Below, piece by piece: positions 13,949 to 33,876 of a stretch of DNA of 64,000 nt (within the stretch, counting starts at the first letter, position 1; the number at the start of each line of letters is the position of its first letter). Origin of the DNA: the human T2T-CHM13v2.0 reference genome, Homo sapiens. Under the pieces are notes generated by a model. It saw only the letters and a list, made by a program, of their open reading frames with translations. It was not told the DNA's origin and did not search any database. Position numbers and translations under genes: made by a program. Location: NCBI RefSeq assembly GCF_009914755.1, contig NC_060937.1; one strand, given 5' to 3'.

Positions 13949-14036
13949 AGAAAATATGGCCATTGAGGTAAGTAGAGAAGCAAGAGAGTTTGAGAAAATA
14001 TGGACATTGAGGTAAGTAGAGAAGCAAGAGGGTTTG
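13949..14036. repeat. 44-bp tandem duplication
   Basis: AGAAAATATGG(C/A)CATTGAGGTAAGTAGAGAAGCAAGAG(A/G)GTTTG twice, 2 mismatches. Confidence 0.92.
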
Positions 14037-16599
14037 GCATTTTGGAAACCAACTGGAACAAAGTCTTTCAAGAAGAAGGGAAGGAACTGCTGTATTAAAT
14101 GCTGCTAATGGGTTCAGTGAAATGAGGTCTGAGAAATAATTATTGGATTTAGCAGCGTGGAGGTCATGGGTGACTTGTCAGGAGCTGTCTGGGGCATTAT
14201 GGAGATGAATGCTTGATTGGAGTGAGTGCAAGGAATTGGGTGGAGAACAACTGGAGAAAACAAAAGAAGTTTACAGTGAGTTTTGCTGAAACTTCTTGTA
14301 GGTCTTAGGTTAGCATGGTAATGGATTTCCCTATCATGGTGAGCAAATTAATGGGTAACTTTATTTTTCCAAAATGTGTAGTAAACTATGATTTTTAAAG
14401 TAATTCAACCAATAAAATGAATATTCTTTCTTTTAACATTTCCTCTGTTTAATTGAAAGTGGTAGATATTTGTTATTAATGGTCTTGAAATAATTATTTG
14501 AATCAGTCAGAACTTTAAACTTAATGTACCAAGCTCTTTATAATCTAAGAATCTTATTTTTGTTTATGCTTTTCACAAAACAAAGGTGGGTAGTATTAGT
14601 ATTCCTGTATTCTACTGTAGCTACATAACAAATCATTCCCATCCAATGGGTTTGTTTTTGATAGATAGTCCATGTTTGTGAAATCTAGCTTTTGGAAGGG
14701 GTGGAACTCAAAAGTCCTTGTCCGTCTTTTGTGCTAATGGTACTCTTGAAAGCCCCAACTCACAGAGAGAGACAGGCATGCATCATCTGTCAGGGAGCCT
14801 GACAACTCTTGACTTACCACTGTTGGCTTTCTAAGTGAAGAAAATCAGTAATTACATGGTGCATCATAAAGGTATATCATGAAAAATGTTGAATGTCAAC
14901 AGCGATGATGGTTCTTAAGCTGAGATAACAACCTACTTTGTTGTGACAATGGAGTCTCAGGGTATTGTAAGAGAAAAATTATTATATGAAAGGCTAACAT
15001 CTGTCAAGTTCCTTCGTCAGTGAACTTTATTCTGTGGTCAAATTTCTAAGCATAGTTCTTCCTATATAAGGTAACTTATGTAGACCTGGACATGTTTTAT
15101 TTGGAATGACTTCCATGATGTGTCTAAGACAGAACCTTTGATGTAGTTCACTTGATTAATGGGATTATAGCCATCAAGCTTTGTTCTGAGGATAATTTAG
15201 GTTTTCTGGCAATCTAATAGTTTTAAACCTCATTTGCCCACATTTAAAATTACCCAATTCATTTAATGTTGAAAAATATATATTAATGAGGAAAAAGAAA
15301 AATGAAAAATGTTCTCTGGGTAGACTTCCATTACCCAGAGAACTGGAATAAGTAGAAGTATATAGTTTATATAAATTTTTGGCTCTTTTAATTCACTAAT
15401 AATACAATAACTTTGTGTGTATGTAGTGTATATACATATATGCCTGTGTGTATATTGGTAGCCATTTTTTAAAAAATGCAACTACTCACAATAGATATTC
15501 ATGTTAACCTAGTTTTTTCTCTCGTAGCTGAGATTGTATCTCTAGATCAACTAATATGTAGCTGCAGCTCGGTTTTAGAGAACTATGTAGATAACATTTT
15601 GTATATTTCTGTGATTTATTTAAACCTTCTCTTACTTTTGGACATTGAGGTTGTTTCTAACCTTTAATGTCTAGGAAAAGATCTCATTTTGTTTTCTACT
15701 GTTTATTTTGTTAGAATAAATTCCTAGAAGGCTCCTAGGTCAAGAGAAATATGCCTTCTTGAGTGGAGGTAATCTATATTCACACACACTTAACACACGT
15801 ATGTACATATAAATCCATATACTCCTTCTTGCCCTCCAAGTAAATTCTGCCAGTTTAATTGTAATTTATTTACTAGGGAATGAAAAGAGCTTGCCACAGT
15901 TCTGCACGGGTAATATAAATGTTGGAAATGTGGGTATTTTCTCAGTGTTGTTTGTGGAATTAAAATCCTCTGAAATGAGGTTGCATTTAATATGTTCTAA
16001 ATTTGAGGCTATCATAGCAAAAATGATATCTTAATAGATGGCTGCATAGCTCATAACCTGAAACACTGATGAACTTTCCATTTACATAGCTGTCTCCTGC
16101 CTTTCCTATTTGATGTGCCATAGGAGGTGAACCATGAAAGGTAGTAGCTGTTGCTGACACTGCTTCTGTTTGAATGATTATTTTCTTTTAAATTTTCCAA
16201 TCTTAATTGTACGATTTAAGAACATGTTGAAGAAGAATGATTCATTGGCAGGTAAAAACTAAAGCCTACTCTATAAGTTGGAACATGGTTATTATTTCTT
16301 AGAGATTAGCTCTCTACTCTGCTTTCAATAGGGAAGTTCTTGACTTATTAAATTGCCAGTCTCCTTCATCCAGCTGAATGGTCTAGTTCTTCTACTTAAA
16401 TTTAAATTATAAGCCTACTGGAAAGTATTTTTGTCCAACTGAGCATATTCATTTCGTTATTCAGGTACTTTTGCCCCTTATTACCAGGAAATTAAATGTA
16501 AAAATAGTGTGAAACAAAATGATTGGTATACTTAAACACCCCCAGACACCCATTCACCCACACATTTTCTATAGAGGGTTAATGAGAAGTGAAAATGTT

Positions 16600-16755
16600 T
16601 TTCTGTGCTATCCATTGTAATAGTTGCTAGTCACATGTGGTTATTAATCACTTGAAACATAACTAGTTTGGTTGAGGAACTATCAATTTTAAGTAATTTA
16701 AATTTTAATAGCCACATGTGACTAGTGGCTACTGTACAAGGCAGCAGAGTGTAGA
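16600..16755. mobile_element. MER3 (hAT-Charlie MITE)
   Basis: CTAGTCACATGTGGTTATT...AATAGCCACATGTGACTAGTGGCTAC internal inverted repeat. Confidence 0.8.
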
Positions 16756-16762
16756 TAATTTT

Positions 16763-17100
16763 CAAGGGTCCCCGACCCCCAGGGCACGAAACAGTACTGG
16801 TCCATGGCCTGTTAGGAACTGGGCCACACAGCAGGAGGTGAGTGGCAGGCGAGCTCCCATTTACCACGTGAGCTCCACCTCCTGTCAGATCAGCAGTGGC
16901 ATTAGATTCTCACAGGAATGGGAACCCTATTGTAAACTGGGCATGTGAGGGATCTAGGTTACATGCTCCTTATGAAAATTTAACTAATGCCCGATGATCT
17001 GAGGTGGAACAGTTTCATCTTGAAACCATCCCCCACAACCTGTGTTAAAATTATCTTCCACAAAACGGGTCCCTGGTGCCAAAACAGTTGGGGACTGCTG
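16763..17100. mobile_element. MER1B (hAT-Charlie)
   Basis: CAAGGGTCCCC...GGGGACTGCTG ends; GGCCTGTTAGGAACTGGGCCACACAGCAGGAGGTGAG core. Confidence 0.9.
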
Positions 17101-17108
17101 CCCTAGGA

Positions 17109-17473
17109 CAAGGGCTGGCCAGCTCTGGCGAGTGCGACAAATCCAGCTCACCACTTGTTTTTATAAATAAAGTTTTATTGAAACACAGCCATGCACACTG
17201 ATGTACTGTCAATGATCACTTCAATGCTACAAAGGCAGAGTTGAGTACAGATGCCCCTCGACTCATATTGGGTTTACTTCTGGATAAACCCATTGTAAGT
17301 TATAAGTTGAAAATAACGTTTAGTACTCTGATAAACCGATTGTTAAGTCAAAAAATCGTAAGTTAAACCATCAAAGTCAGTGACCATCTGTAGTTGCAAC
17401 ACAAACCGCATGGCCCACAAATTGTAACATATTTACTATCTGGTTCTTTACCAAAAGTTTAGTGACCCCCTGC
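17109..17473. mobile_element. MER58A (hAT-Charlie), interrupted by Tigger3
   Basis: TTTTTATAAATAAAGTTTTATTGAAACACAGCCA, GGCAGAGTTGAGTA|TAGTTGC, ATATTTACTATCTGG...GACCCCCTG. Confidence 0.85.
17248..17390. mobile_element. Tigger3/Golem-type MITE (TcMar)
   Basis: TIRs CAGATG..CCTCGACT / AGTC..GACCATCTG with TA duplication at 17246-47 and 17391-92. Confidence 0.8.
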
Positions 17474-17889
17474 CCTGTGTAATCAGATGGAAACTGACTC
17501 AATTCCAGTTCCATTGCCAGCTGTAGCTATATTTCTGAAACAGTGTTTTTAAAAATGTTAACAAGCATTTTTGGGAGAATTGGATCTATGGCTAATTTGA
17601 GAAGATGCAGAGTTGTAAATAATGAAGTAGATTCATCTACTACACTTTTTACACAATCTTTAATCCCCTTATTTCACTATAAATCATGCAGAGGTTTATT
17701 ATATAGAATATTTTGTTAACCAAATTTATTTGACCAGTGATTTTCTTTTTTGGTAACTCTTGTTATAAGGGACACAGACTTAGAAATGCTGCTTTTTAAA
17801 AATAGTGAGTTTTCCTCTTAATAGATGATAGTAAAATAAGAAGCATGTGAAAGAGAATCCTCAGAGTAGGACAAAGGAGAAACGGATTG

Positions 17890-18157
17890 AATTAGTCTAT
17901 TTTGTGTTGCTATAAAGGGAATACCTGTGCTTGGGTAATTTATAAGCCAAAGAGGCTTATTTGGCTTATGGTTCTGGGACTATACAAGAAGCATGGCACC
18001 AGCATCAACTTGGCTTTTGGTGAAGGCTTTTGTGCTGTGTAAAAACCTGTAGATAAGGTCAAAGAGGGAACAGGTATGCCAAGAGGGCCTGAACCCCACA
18101 ATGGGGAGCAAATCTCCACATGAGATTTGGGGTGACAAAGCATATCCAAACCATAGC
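17890..18157 (-). mobile_element. MST-type MaLR LTR with internal deletion
   Basis: ATTAGTCTATTTTGTGTTGCTATAAAGGGAATACCTG...CATATCCAAACCATAGC. Confidence 0.8.
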
Positions 18158-18399
18158 GTGCATATTTAATTTCTGGGTTTCATTAAAGCAACAGATATTT
18201 GAGTACTTTTAATAGGTCTGGCAGTTTGCCCAGGTTGTAGACATAGGATTACATGACAGTATGTTCTCTACTCTCAAGTTTCTGTTTGTGCTGTTATAAA
18301 TTTGAGCAGTCATCATTAAATCTCAGCTATACATTTAAGTTCTGTTTGTGACAGTTGCCACAAAGGAAACGTCTAAGGTGCTAAGTATATATGGTTAGG

Positions 18400-18535
18400 A
18401 AAAATCTTGCAAACTTTTTCTGTAAAGGACTAGATAGTAAATATTTTAGGCTTTGTGTGCCATATGCTGTAGGTGTCACCTGTTCAATTCTCCTGTTGTA
18501 ATTAGAAAGCAGCTGCAGATGACACATAAACACAC
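18400..18535. mobile_element. Partial MER58
   Basis: GCAAACTTTTTCTGTAAAGGACTAGATAGTAAATATTTTAGGCTTTG. Confidence 0.75.
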
Positions 18536-18599
18536 ATCACACAGACAAATATGTCAGTGTGATTATGCCATACATACATCTATATCTATCTGCATTTGC

Positions 18600-19363
18600 A
18601 TAATTCTCAAGCACTTTTCAAAAATGACCATACAAATCATAAAGTGTTAACAGAATTTTGGAGAACTGATTTTCATGCAGCTCATGTTCTGTGAGTGCTA
18701 TGCCCTTGCCCAAGACCTTCAAAAAGGTCATCATACAAATCTTATATTCTTGGAAAATTAAAAACCTATACTTACAAATCCAGTGTCAAAGAGGAAATCA
18801 CATTGGAAATTAGAAAATACTTAGAATTGAATGATTAAAAAATACTTTTGCATCAAATTCATGGGATATGAATATCCCAAAGAGGGAAATTTTTGTAGCC
18901 TTACCGATTAGATTACAAAATAAAAAAGACTTAAAATGAACAAGCTATACATACAATTTAAAATGTTAATAAAAGAGCAAGAGAAGATCAACAAAACCAA
19001 TAGTAAGATTCTTCAAAAAAACTAATGAGATAGGCAACAAGCAAGTTGATGAAGGAAAAAAAGCAAAAAGATAAAAATAAACAATTTTAGGAATGAGAAA
19101 AGAGAAGTCACAGGTAGAGCAGTGAGTAGAATAACATAAGAGTACAATGAAGAACTAATTTGAAGCCTAGATGGAATGGCCAATTACCTAGGAAAAATCC
19201 ATTGCATTCAAAATCAGGCTTGAATAAATAGAAAATGTGAATAGATTTGCAACTATTAAAGGAGTGGCCTCATTACGTACAATTTCTCTTAAAGAGAGAA
19301 CACCAAATACCCATGTGATGCCTAGAGTGTAGTTTTGACAAGCATTAAAAGAATAAAGGATTC
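18600..19363 (+). mobile_element. Old L1M ORF2 fragment, resuming at ~25985-26120
   Basis: A-rich ORF2-like text: GAAATTAGAAAATACTTAGAATTGAATGA, GAAGATCAACAAAACCAATAG; resumes with TTATTAGATGCAGA (IDAEK-like). Confidence 0.75.
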
Positions 19364-19506
19364 CAAATATATATATATTTGGGATTCAAATATATATATA
19401 TATATTTGGATTCAAATATATATATATATATTTGGGTTCAAATATATATATATATATTTGGGTTCAAATATATATATATATTTGGGTTCAAATATATATA
19501 TATTTG
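19358..19506. repeat. Minisatellite of six palindromic CAAA(TA)nTTTG units
   Basis: Six self-complementary units separated by GGTT/GATT/GGATT spacers. Confidence 0.93.
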
Positions 19507-25976
<6,470 letters not shown>

Positions 25977-26207
25977 TATACCCCAGTTATCTTATTAGAT
26001 GCAGACCAAAAAACCCCCAAATAATTAACATTCATTTATCATTGACCACCCCCAACAACACACTTTCAATGCTGGAATTGAACTTTCTGAAACTGATAAG
26101 GTACATCTACCAAACCCATGCCACCCAACAATCTTCCAGTCCTTCTTCCTAGATGCATAAATACGAATCTTTTCCTTATTTCTATCCTTTAGTGACCACT
26201 TAATTTT

Positions 26208-26669
<462 letters not shown>

Positions 26670-28844
26670 TGAGCACCAGGGTTCACCCTAAAATATTAGC
26701 CAGATCTCATAGGCTGAATTAGGTCACAGGGTACAAAGTGTTGTGCAGACTGGTGCATGTGGCTCCCATTGAATATAATAACAGCCCTTTGACACGTGTG
26801 GCAGCTGCTGCCAGAGCCTCCAGCCAGGATCTGGGCTAGAGGGTGGTACATGTATAATTTAAGTTATAACATAAAGATTAAATATGTAATTGGAAATGAT
26901 TTCATAGAATAAAACTGAAGCCTGGTTTATCTTGAAAAGAAATTATTGCAGACATGTAAATAGCTTACTGTAAAGTTTAATTACAGTTTTAGTAGCAGAC
27001 AAGACTCAATTGATAAATCTCCACAAGGAGAGTCAAGTAGGACTGAAAATCTCACTGCACTTGCATGAAAACAACAAAAGCTAAAATGCCAAACCGAATG
27101 CAAGCTTTGTTCATTTCCTCAAAGTTAATTGTTTTGACTATAATCATACAGTTATTATTTAATGGCCATACACAATTTATTTATCATTTTCTAAGAGATT
27201 AATTTGAAGGTCTTTTTCTTGTTATTTATGTGGAATTTACAGGAAAGTCAGATATTAGATTGTAGTTTTAGGGGGTGATTATTTTTATAACTCAATTGAT
27301 TTAAATGTTAGGTTTTGTCATTTCGTTGAATCCATCAGTTATCATCAGTATTCATTATTTCAGTTCCCTCTGAGAAATGAGAGGATAGTTTTGTGAGTAG
27401 AAAATGATTTGAAGAGTTTGGCAGAATAAAACTGAAAACTGATTCATCTGACAAAACTCTTTTAAGTTCGGTACAGAAACAAGGACTAGATAGTTGTCTC
27501 ACTAACTCCATTCTTGGTGTTCCCTTGACTTTGCTGTTTATTGTGTTTTTTTGTTAGAATTTCTTGAATTTATTAATTTTTGTTACAGTTCCATCATGAA
27601 ACTTACTGAATTATGTAGATTTAAATTGTTTTCCATGGTATTTCTTTATTAATGTAGAATTTGAAAAATTCACGCAGTTCTGGGGAGACTATTTTAACTT
27701 ATACCCTCTCCTCCTTCCTTTTTCATCTGAGCTTCCTCTCATCAATCTTAATATTTACACCTAAAATCTTATGAGTTGAGACAATATAGAAATTAATTAT
27801 TGATCTGTAAATTATGTGAAAGTTCCCAACATAGAAGCATTTTATATATATTAAATCAGTGTTAGAATTCGTGGCTAGGTACCCGTAGTGTAAAATTGTA
27901 TTTAGGAGCTGAAAGACCGTGAGTGTGAATGGATGTTTAGGTGGCAATTGGAAAGATTTCCCAGTATTCTGAAGAACATAAGCTATTTGACCTATTTGAC
28001 ATAAGTCTTATGCTTCCTTTTACTTAGATTTCTGGTTTGCTTTCTTTTGGTACATGTTATACCTGATACTGTTCTACAGCGGTCTTCAGTAATTTTTTAA
28101 ATCTTGAAATAGAATGGAAAGATTGAGAGTGACCTGCTGAGGTAACTGGACCAGAACAGGTTAGGAGCGCGTGTTTATAAACACGAGGGAGGGTCTGAGT
28201 AGGAGGACCTGAGGAATATGTAGGGCAGTGTGGAAAGGGAAGACATGGAAATGACATTGATACAGCTGGTTGTTCATGCCGGGTGTTGTCACTGCCCCGA
28301 GACTGCCTCATTGCCATGAGGAAAGATTTGTCATTTTCGGGAAGAAGGTGTGGAGCGGCTGGGAGGCAGCACACAATAGCCCTCCTGTGGGTAGGATGTT
28401 GGCTAGCCTTGGGTTTACCTCAGTGAAGACCCATGTTTAGGATGCTTGAAAACATCTCATTAGCAACTTTGTCTGTTTTAAGCTCTGGAGCAGTGAAGAA
28501 TTCTATTAATGGCAGTAAACTTTTTTTTTTTTTAAGAAGGAAACCCAATTATGTCCCTCCATTAAAGTTCTGATAGTTAGACTTTTTTTTTTTTTTTTCC
28601 CAGCAAGATCTCTATGTAGGGTAGGGAGATTTCATGCTACTGGGAGCAAGATGATGCTTAGTAGTAGTTGATGCCTTAAGACTTTGCAGGGTCACATAGA
28701 ATAGCATAGTCCTGGGCTACATCCAACATGCATTTCAATCAGTTCTTGGGTGGTGGAAAAGGGCTTGCTCAATCCGCTTCTTAGCATTGAAATGAAAGAA
28801 CTCCCAGTTCTCAGACTGGCAATGATGTGATTAAAAACTTGAAC

Positions 28845-30620
28845 TTGGGTTTCTGTTTTCCAGTCGTGGTAGGCTAGGTTACCCTGACCACTTCTCCTGC
28901 TGAAACTAAGTAAGATTGTTGAATAAAATAGTTAAAAATACATTTTTTTCTAGCGTTGAAGAAAGGAGAGTAAGGGATTCTCAGGTAAACTGAAGGAGAG
29001 CAGGAACTCAGAGAGGCGAGAACGGCCTTGGATGCAGAAGCACCTTTTGTGGAGGCTTTTCAGGGAGCAGAGGACAGGGTCTACAGTTTAGGGAGCTTCC
29101 TCCCATTAAGCTGGGGGCCTTGCAGGGGCACACCTGCAGGGTAAGGTGACAGAAGACAGCCAGGTTTCCTGAGGATTTGAATTCTGGGTTCTCCTTACTC
29201 ATATGGACTCAGGACCCTCAGACTCTACATTTCTCAAAAGCCAATGCAGCTCCTCTTCATAGGAGGGCACTTTTATTCTGTATGCTGTTAATTCACTTTC
29301 AAAAAATCATAAAGCACAAGAAAGAAGACATCTCCAGCTATTAGCACGAAAAGACACTATAAATAAACTACAAAAATTGAAGATACTCGAATAACCAGAT
29401 ATAGAATATAAAACAACCATGCTATGTTAAAAAAACAGACAGTAACCCTAGGGATATCTGTGGAGACCAGCAAACTATAAAATGTAGCACAGCAGATGTG
29501 AGAAATGAGTACATAGAACTTCTGGAAATGAAAAATATCACAACAAATTAAAAATTCTAAGGAAAGGTTGAATAGTATATTAGTTAATACTCTAAGAAGA
29601 ATTAGGGAAGTAGTAGGTAAATAAGAAATTATCTAGAACAGAGGTCAACAAACGTTTTTCTGTAAAGGATCTGCTAGTGAATATTTTTGGTTTTGTGGAC
29701 CACATATGGTCTCTATTGCATAGCCTTTCCTATTTTAATTTTGTTTTTACAGACCTTTAAAAATGTGAAAACCGTTCTTAGATTACAGGCTATGGGATAT
29801 ATTTGGCCCACGGGCCGTAGTTTACTGACCCCAATCTATATATACAAAGAAGAGAGGAGTCACGAGAAAACCCAGAAGGGCAGTTGAGGCATACAGAGTA
29901 GAATGAGGAAGTTTACCGAGCTTGATCAGCCTAAAGGCAAGAGAAAAAATAGGGCAGAGTAAATATTTGAGGAAATAATAGCTAGGGATTTTCTGAAGGT
30001 GGTAAAAAGATACTAATCTGTAGATTCAGAAAGTCCAGTAAGTCCTAACAAGGATCAGTAAATACATTCTCTCCACGATTCATCATAGTGAAACTTCAGG
30101 ACAGCAGACACTAAGAGAAGGTGGGGAGTAGGGGATGGGTACAGCATTGCTTCCTCAGAGAGAGAGGTGACCTCTCACCAGCAACAGAGGGACCAGAACA
30201 CAGCAGAATGCCATTTTCAATGCTGAAAGAAAATACCTGCCAACCCAGAGCTTTATAGGCAGAAAAATCTTTGAAGAATGGGGTTAAAATCAAAACACTC
30301 ACAAAAGTTAAGAGCTGAGAGTTTGCTACCAGCCAACCCATACTAAAGGAAATTTTAAAGGTTGCATGTTGTACGGAAAAAAATATTCTTGGGTGGAAGA
30401 TCTAAGCTGTTCAAAGTATAAAAAGCAAAGAAAGTGGGAAATCAGTGATAAAACTTAGATTAGTATTGAATATATGGAACATCATCTTGAGGGGTTTTAA
30501 AAATATTGACTTGAAATATAATACAATTGCCTGTGTAAATTGAGAAGAGTGTGAAATAGATATGTTTAAAAATCCTCATATTACCTTGGAAAATAATTTT
30601 CAAGCACAGTTTTACAGTTG
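28845..30620 (+). mobile_element. HAL1 or L1M 5' fragment (ORF1-like only), interrupted by MER58
   Basis: Degenerate ORF1 motifs IFEEIIA.DF (ATATTTGAGGAAATAATAGCTAGGGATTTT) and LKENTCQPRAL (~30220-30260); no ORF2 endonuclease follows. Confidence 0.7.
29639..29833. mobile_element. MER58-type hAT MITE
   Basis: CAGAGGTCAACAAAC..TTTCTGTAAAGG / GGCCCACGGGCCGTAGTTTACTGACCCC ends. Confidence 0.8.
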
Positions 30621-31788
30621 ATAGAAATATGAAATTAAGACAAAATTCTTTACTACATTTTAAGTCGAATAATTGAACAAAATGTTAGAAATAGGCACAA
30701 TGTAGCTTGCTGCTTGATTCTTGTAATCAAGGGGGAAGTGGAGATCAATGAACTAATGGTGACATTTCACTGCTTTTTAGTAAAATTGTATGAAGCCATA
30801 GAGAAAGGGAAGGAGAGACTTAAATAATAAGAAAAACCTCAACAGATCTGTGATGCTTATGATGGGAAGTTCTTTTGAGAGAAGTGGAGTAGTGGGTGAT
30901 TGGGCCTAGGAGTGGGAGTGGAAGGATTATTGATGTTGCCGTTGGGCCTCCATGGTATCACTCCCATGCTGTTGGATTTATTGGTCTAAGTGTCTTCCTC
31001 ACTAGACTCTGCATTCCCAGGGAAGTCATCTTATCCTAGGTACCTTTGTGTCTGGCTCTTCACCAGTGCAGAAGAAGGTACCTTGAAATGTGTTAAAAAA
31101 TGTTTACTTAGTAACTAGGAAAGATGCTCCTAATGTAACTTGCTTTGTGAACAAATACGTATGAAATCTACATAAGTGTGTTAAGTGTCAGATTTCATCA
31201 TCTCTGGGCTGAGTGTTGGTGGAAACATTAGAGGATAAATTAGCTATGAGATATGTTCTGTTTCTGATTTAATCTTTTCATTTTTCTCTTTTTGTTTTTC
31301 TCAACCTTTTCTGCTACTTAGTGCTTTCTTGCCTCTGTCTCAGATTTTTATGAGCCAAATATTCTTATATTCTATAATCTGTGTTCTTCCCAACCAGAGG
31401 TGTTATCTGCAGAGACTTTTTTTATCAGACTGAAATCCGTCCTGCCTTTTTAGAATGAGCTCATTTTTCTTCACTCCAGCTAATGCTGACATTTACCAAA
31501 TCCAGTCCTGATTAAGTAAGCTTCCATCACCAAGAAAACTGGAAAAAAGGTAGGATTCATAAGACAGTGGATTCCCATCCAGTGCTTGTAGCTCTGTTAT
31601 CCTCTTTAGAAGTATCTGAGGGTTAACAAAATTGGAAATTGTAGAGGAAACAAATTTGCACTGAATTTAGACCTAATTTACCTGAAAATGGGATTCCTTT
31701 AAAATCCACAGTGAGCCCACAGTTTTGTCCTGTGACTGAGATTCAGTCACACCTTGACCATGTATTTATTTCATAAATTAAGCCTTCA

Positions 31789-32129
<341 letters not shown>

Positions 32130-32439
32130 TCAAGAAATGTATATGCCAAGTTGGAGATGTGTCAATAGAGCTAAGCAGATTTTTGGTAACTGCCAAATTA
32201 GTTTCTTATGGAGAGGGGAAGCAAAGAAATGGAAATAGTAACAATAAGATAAGCAACAGTGAGAGGAATGATGAGGAGCAGAAGGAAGGAGAAGGCTACC
32301 ACATGAAAGTGGGAAAGTTGAGATCTGAAATTATTATATTTTGAAACCTAGAAAAGTAATGAATCTCATTCTGTCCTCTCTCCTCTGCCCTCCCATACTT
32401 TGGGAAATGGTGAAATAATCTGAAACAGAAATGTTTATA

Positions 32440-32763
32440 CAGGGTGAGCATCCCCAGTCCAAAAATCCAAAATCCGAAATGCCCCAAAACCTGAAACTTT
32501 TTAAGTGCTGACAGGAGGCCACAAATAGAAAATTCCATATCTGACCTCATGTGACAGGTCACAGTCAAAATGCAGGCACACAACACATAGTTTCTTCAGC
32601 ATCTCCAGGGGAATAAAAGACCCTCTTAGCTCCCTTTAGCTGATACTTGGGTCCCATCCCCAAGATATCTCATAATGTATATGCAAATATTCCAAAATTC
32701 AGAAAAATCCCAAATCTGCAACCCTCTGGTCCCAAGCATTTCAGATAAGGGATACTCAACATG
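32440..32763. mobile_element. Tigger4/MER46 (Zombi)-type MITE
   Basis: TIRs CAGGGTGAGCATCCC / GGGATACTCAACATG, TA duplication, AAAATCCAAAATCCGAAATGC. Confidence 0.88.
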
Positions 32764-32999
32764 TAGTACTTATTGTAGGGTTATTTCAGATGTGCTGTCA
32801 TATTAGTTAAAGTGAAAAATTGATTTGCAAAGTTCTGATCATTTTAGAATTGGTGTTTAAGTCCAGTAGAAATCTTCATAGTTAAATATATTTAATATTT
32901 TGTTATAAATTAAGTAATGAGCAACTGAATTTTAAAGAATATATTCTTAGAGGCACCCTCACTTCAAAAGAAATTGAATTTCAACAAAATGCCAGGACT

Positions 33000-33320
<321 letters not shown>

Positions 33321-33643
33321 CTATGATTTTTTTTTTTCAAAAGTTCTTCTCAGTGTCAGCTCAGAAGTGATAAAAGGTTTTCCACCTTTTTTTGTGTGTT
33401 TTTTATTAAGAAGAAAAGATTTGAAAGGTAAATAGAAAAATCTTGTAAATTCACCAAATCACCAAATACGTGTTTTGCAACATAGTAGTTTTTCTAATTT
33501 ATCAGTCTCATTTTCTAATTCTATCCTTATGACCAATATCTCTGCCTTTGCTCTGGATTTATCACCTTCATGGACTTTTGGACATGGGAGAATTTTATCC
33601 TGATGGAAGTAAAACTGCACGGACTTCTCTTGTGTTATAGAAA

Positions 33644-33876
33644 TATGTGTGTGTGTGTATACGTGTATATATACACATGCATATAGAGATATATATGCAT
33701 ATCTAGATGAGCATAAATGCATAAATTATGCATAGATTATAAATGCATAAATTATGCATAGATATATGCATATACCTATATATGCATATATCTATAATGC
33801 ATGTATGTATGTGTGTGCATATATATACATGCATAAATATAAATATACATATATCTATATTGTGTGTGTGTGTGTG
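33644..33876. repeat. Degenerate (TA/TG/CA)n low-complexity tract
   Basis: Alternating purine-pyrimidine with recurrent ATGCAT, bracketed by (TG)n. Confidence 0.9.

Noticed and set aside
17540-17792. Possible additional hAT MITE (CAGTGTTTTT...AGAAATGCTG)
   Set aside because: Ends are suggestive, but I cannot match the interior to a family with confidence.
19358-19506. CRISPR-like palindromic repeat array
   Set aside because: Eukaryotic context, no unique spacers, no cas genes; it is a (TA)n-based minisatellite.
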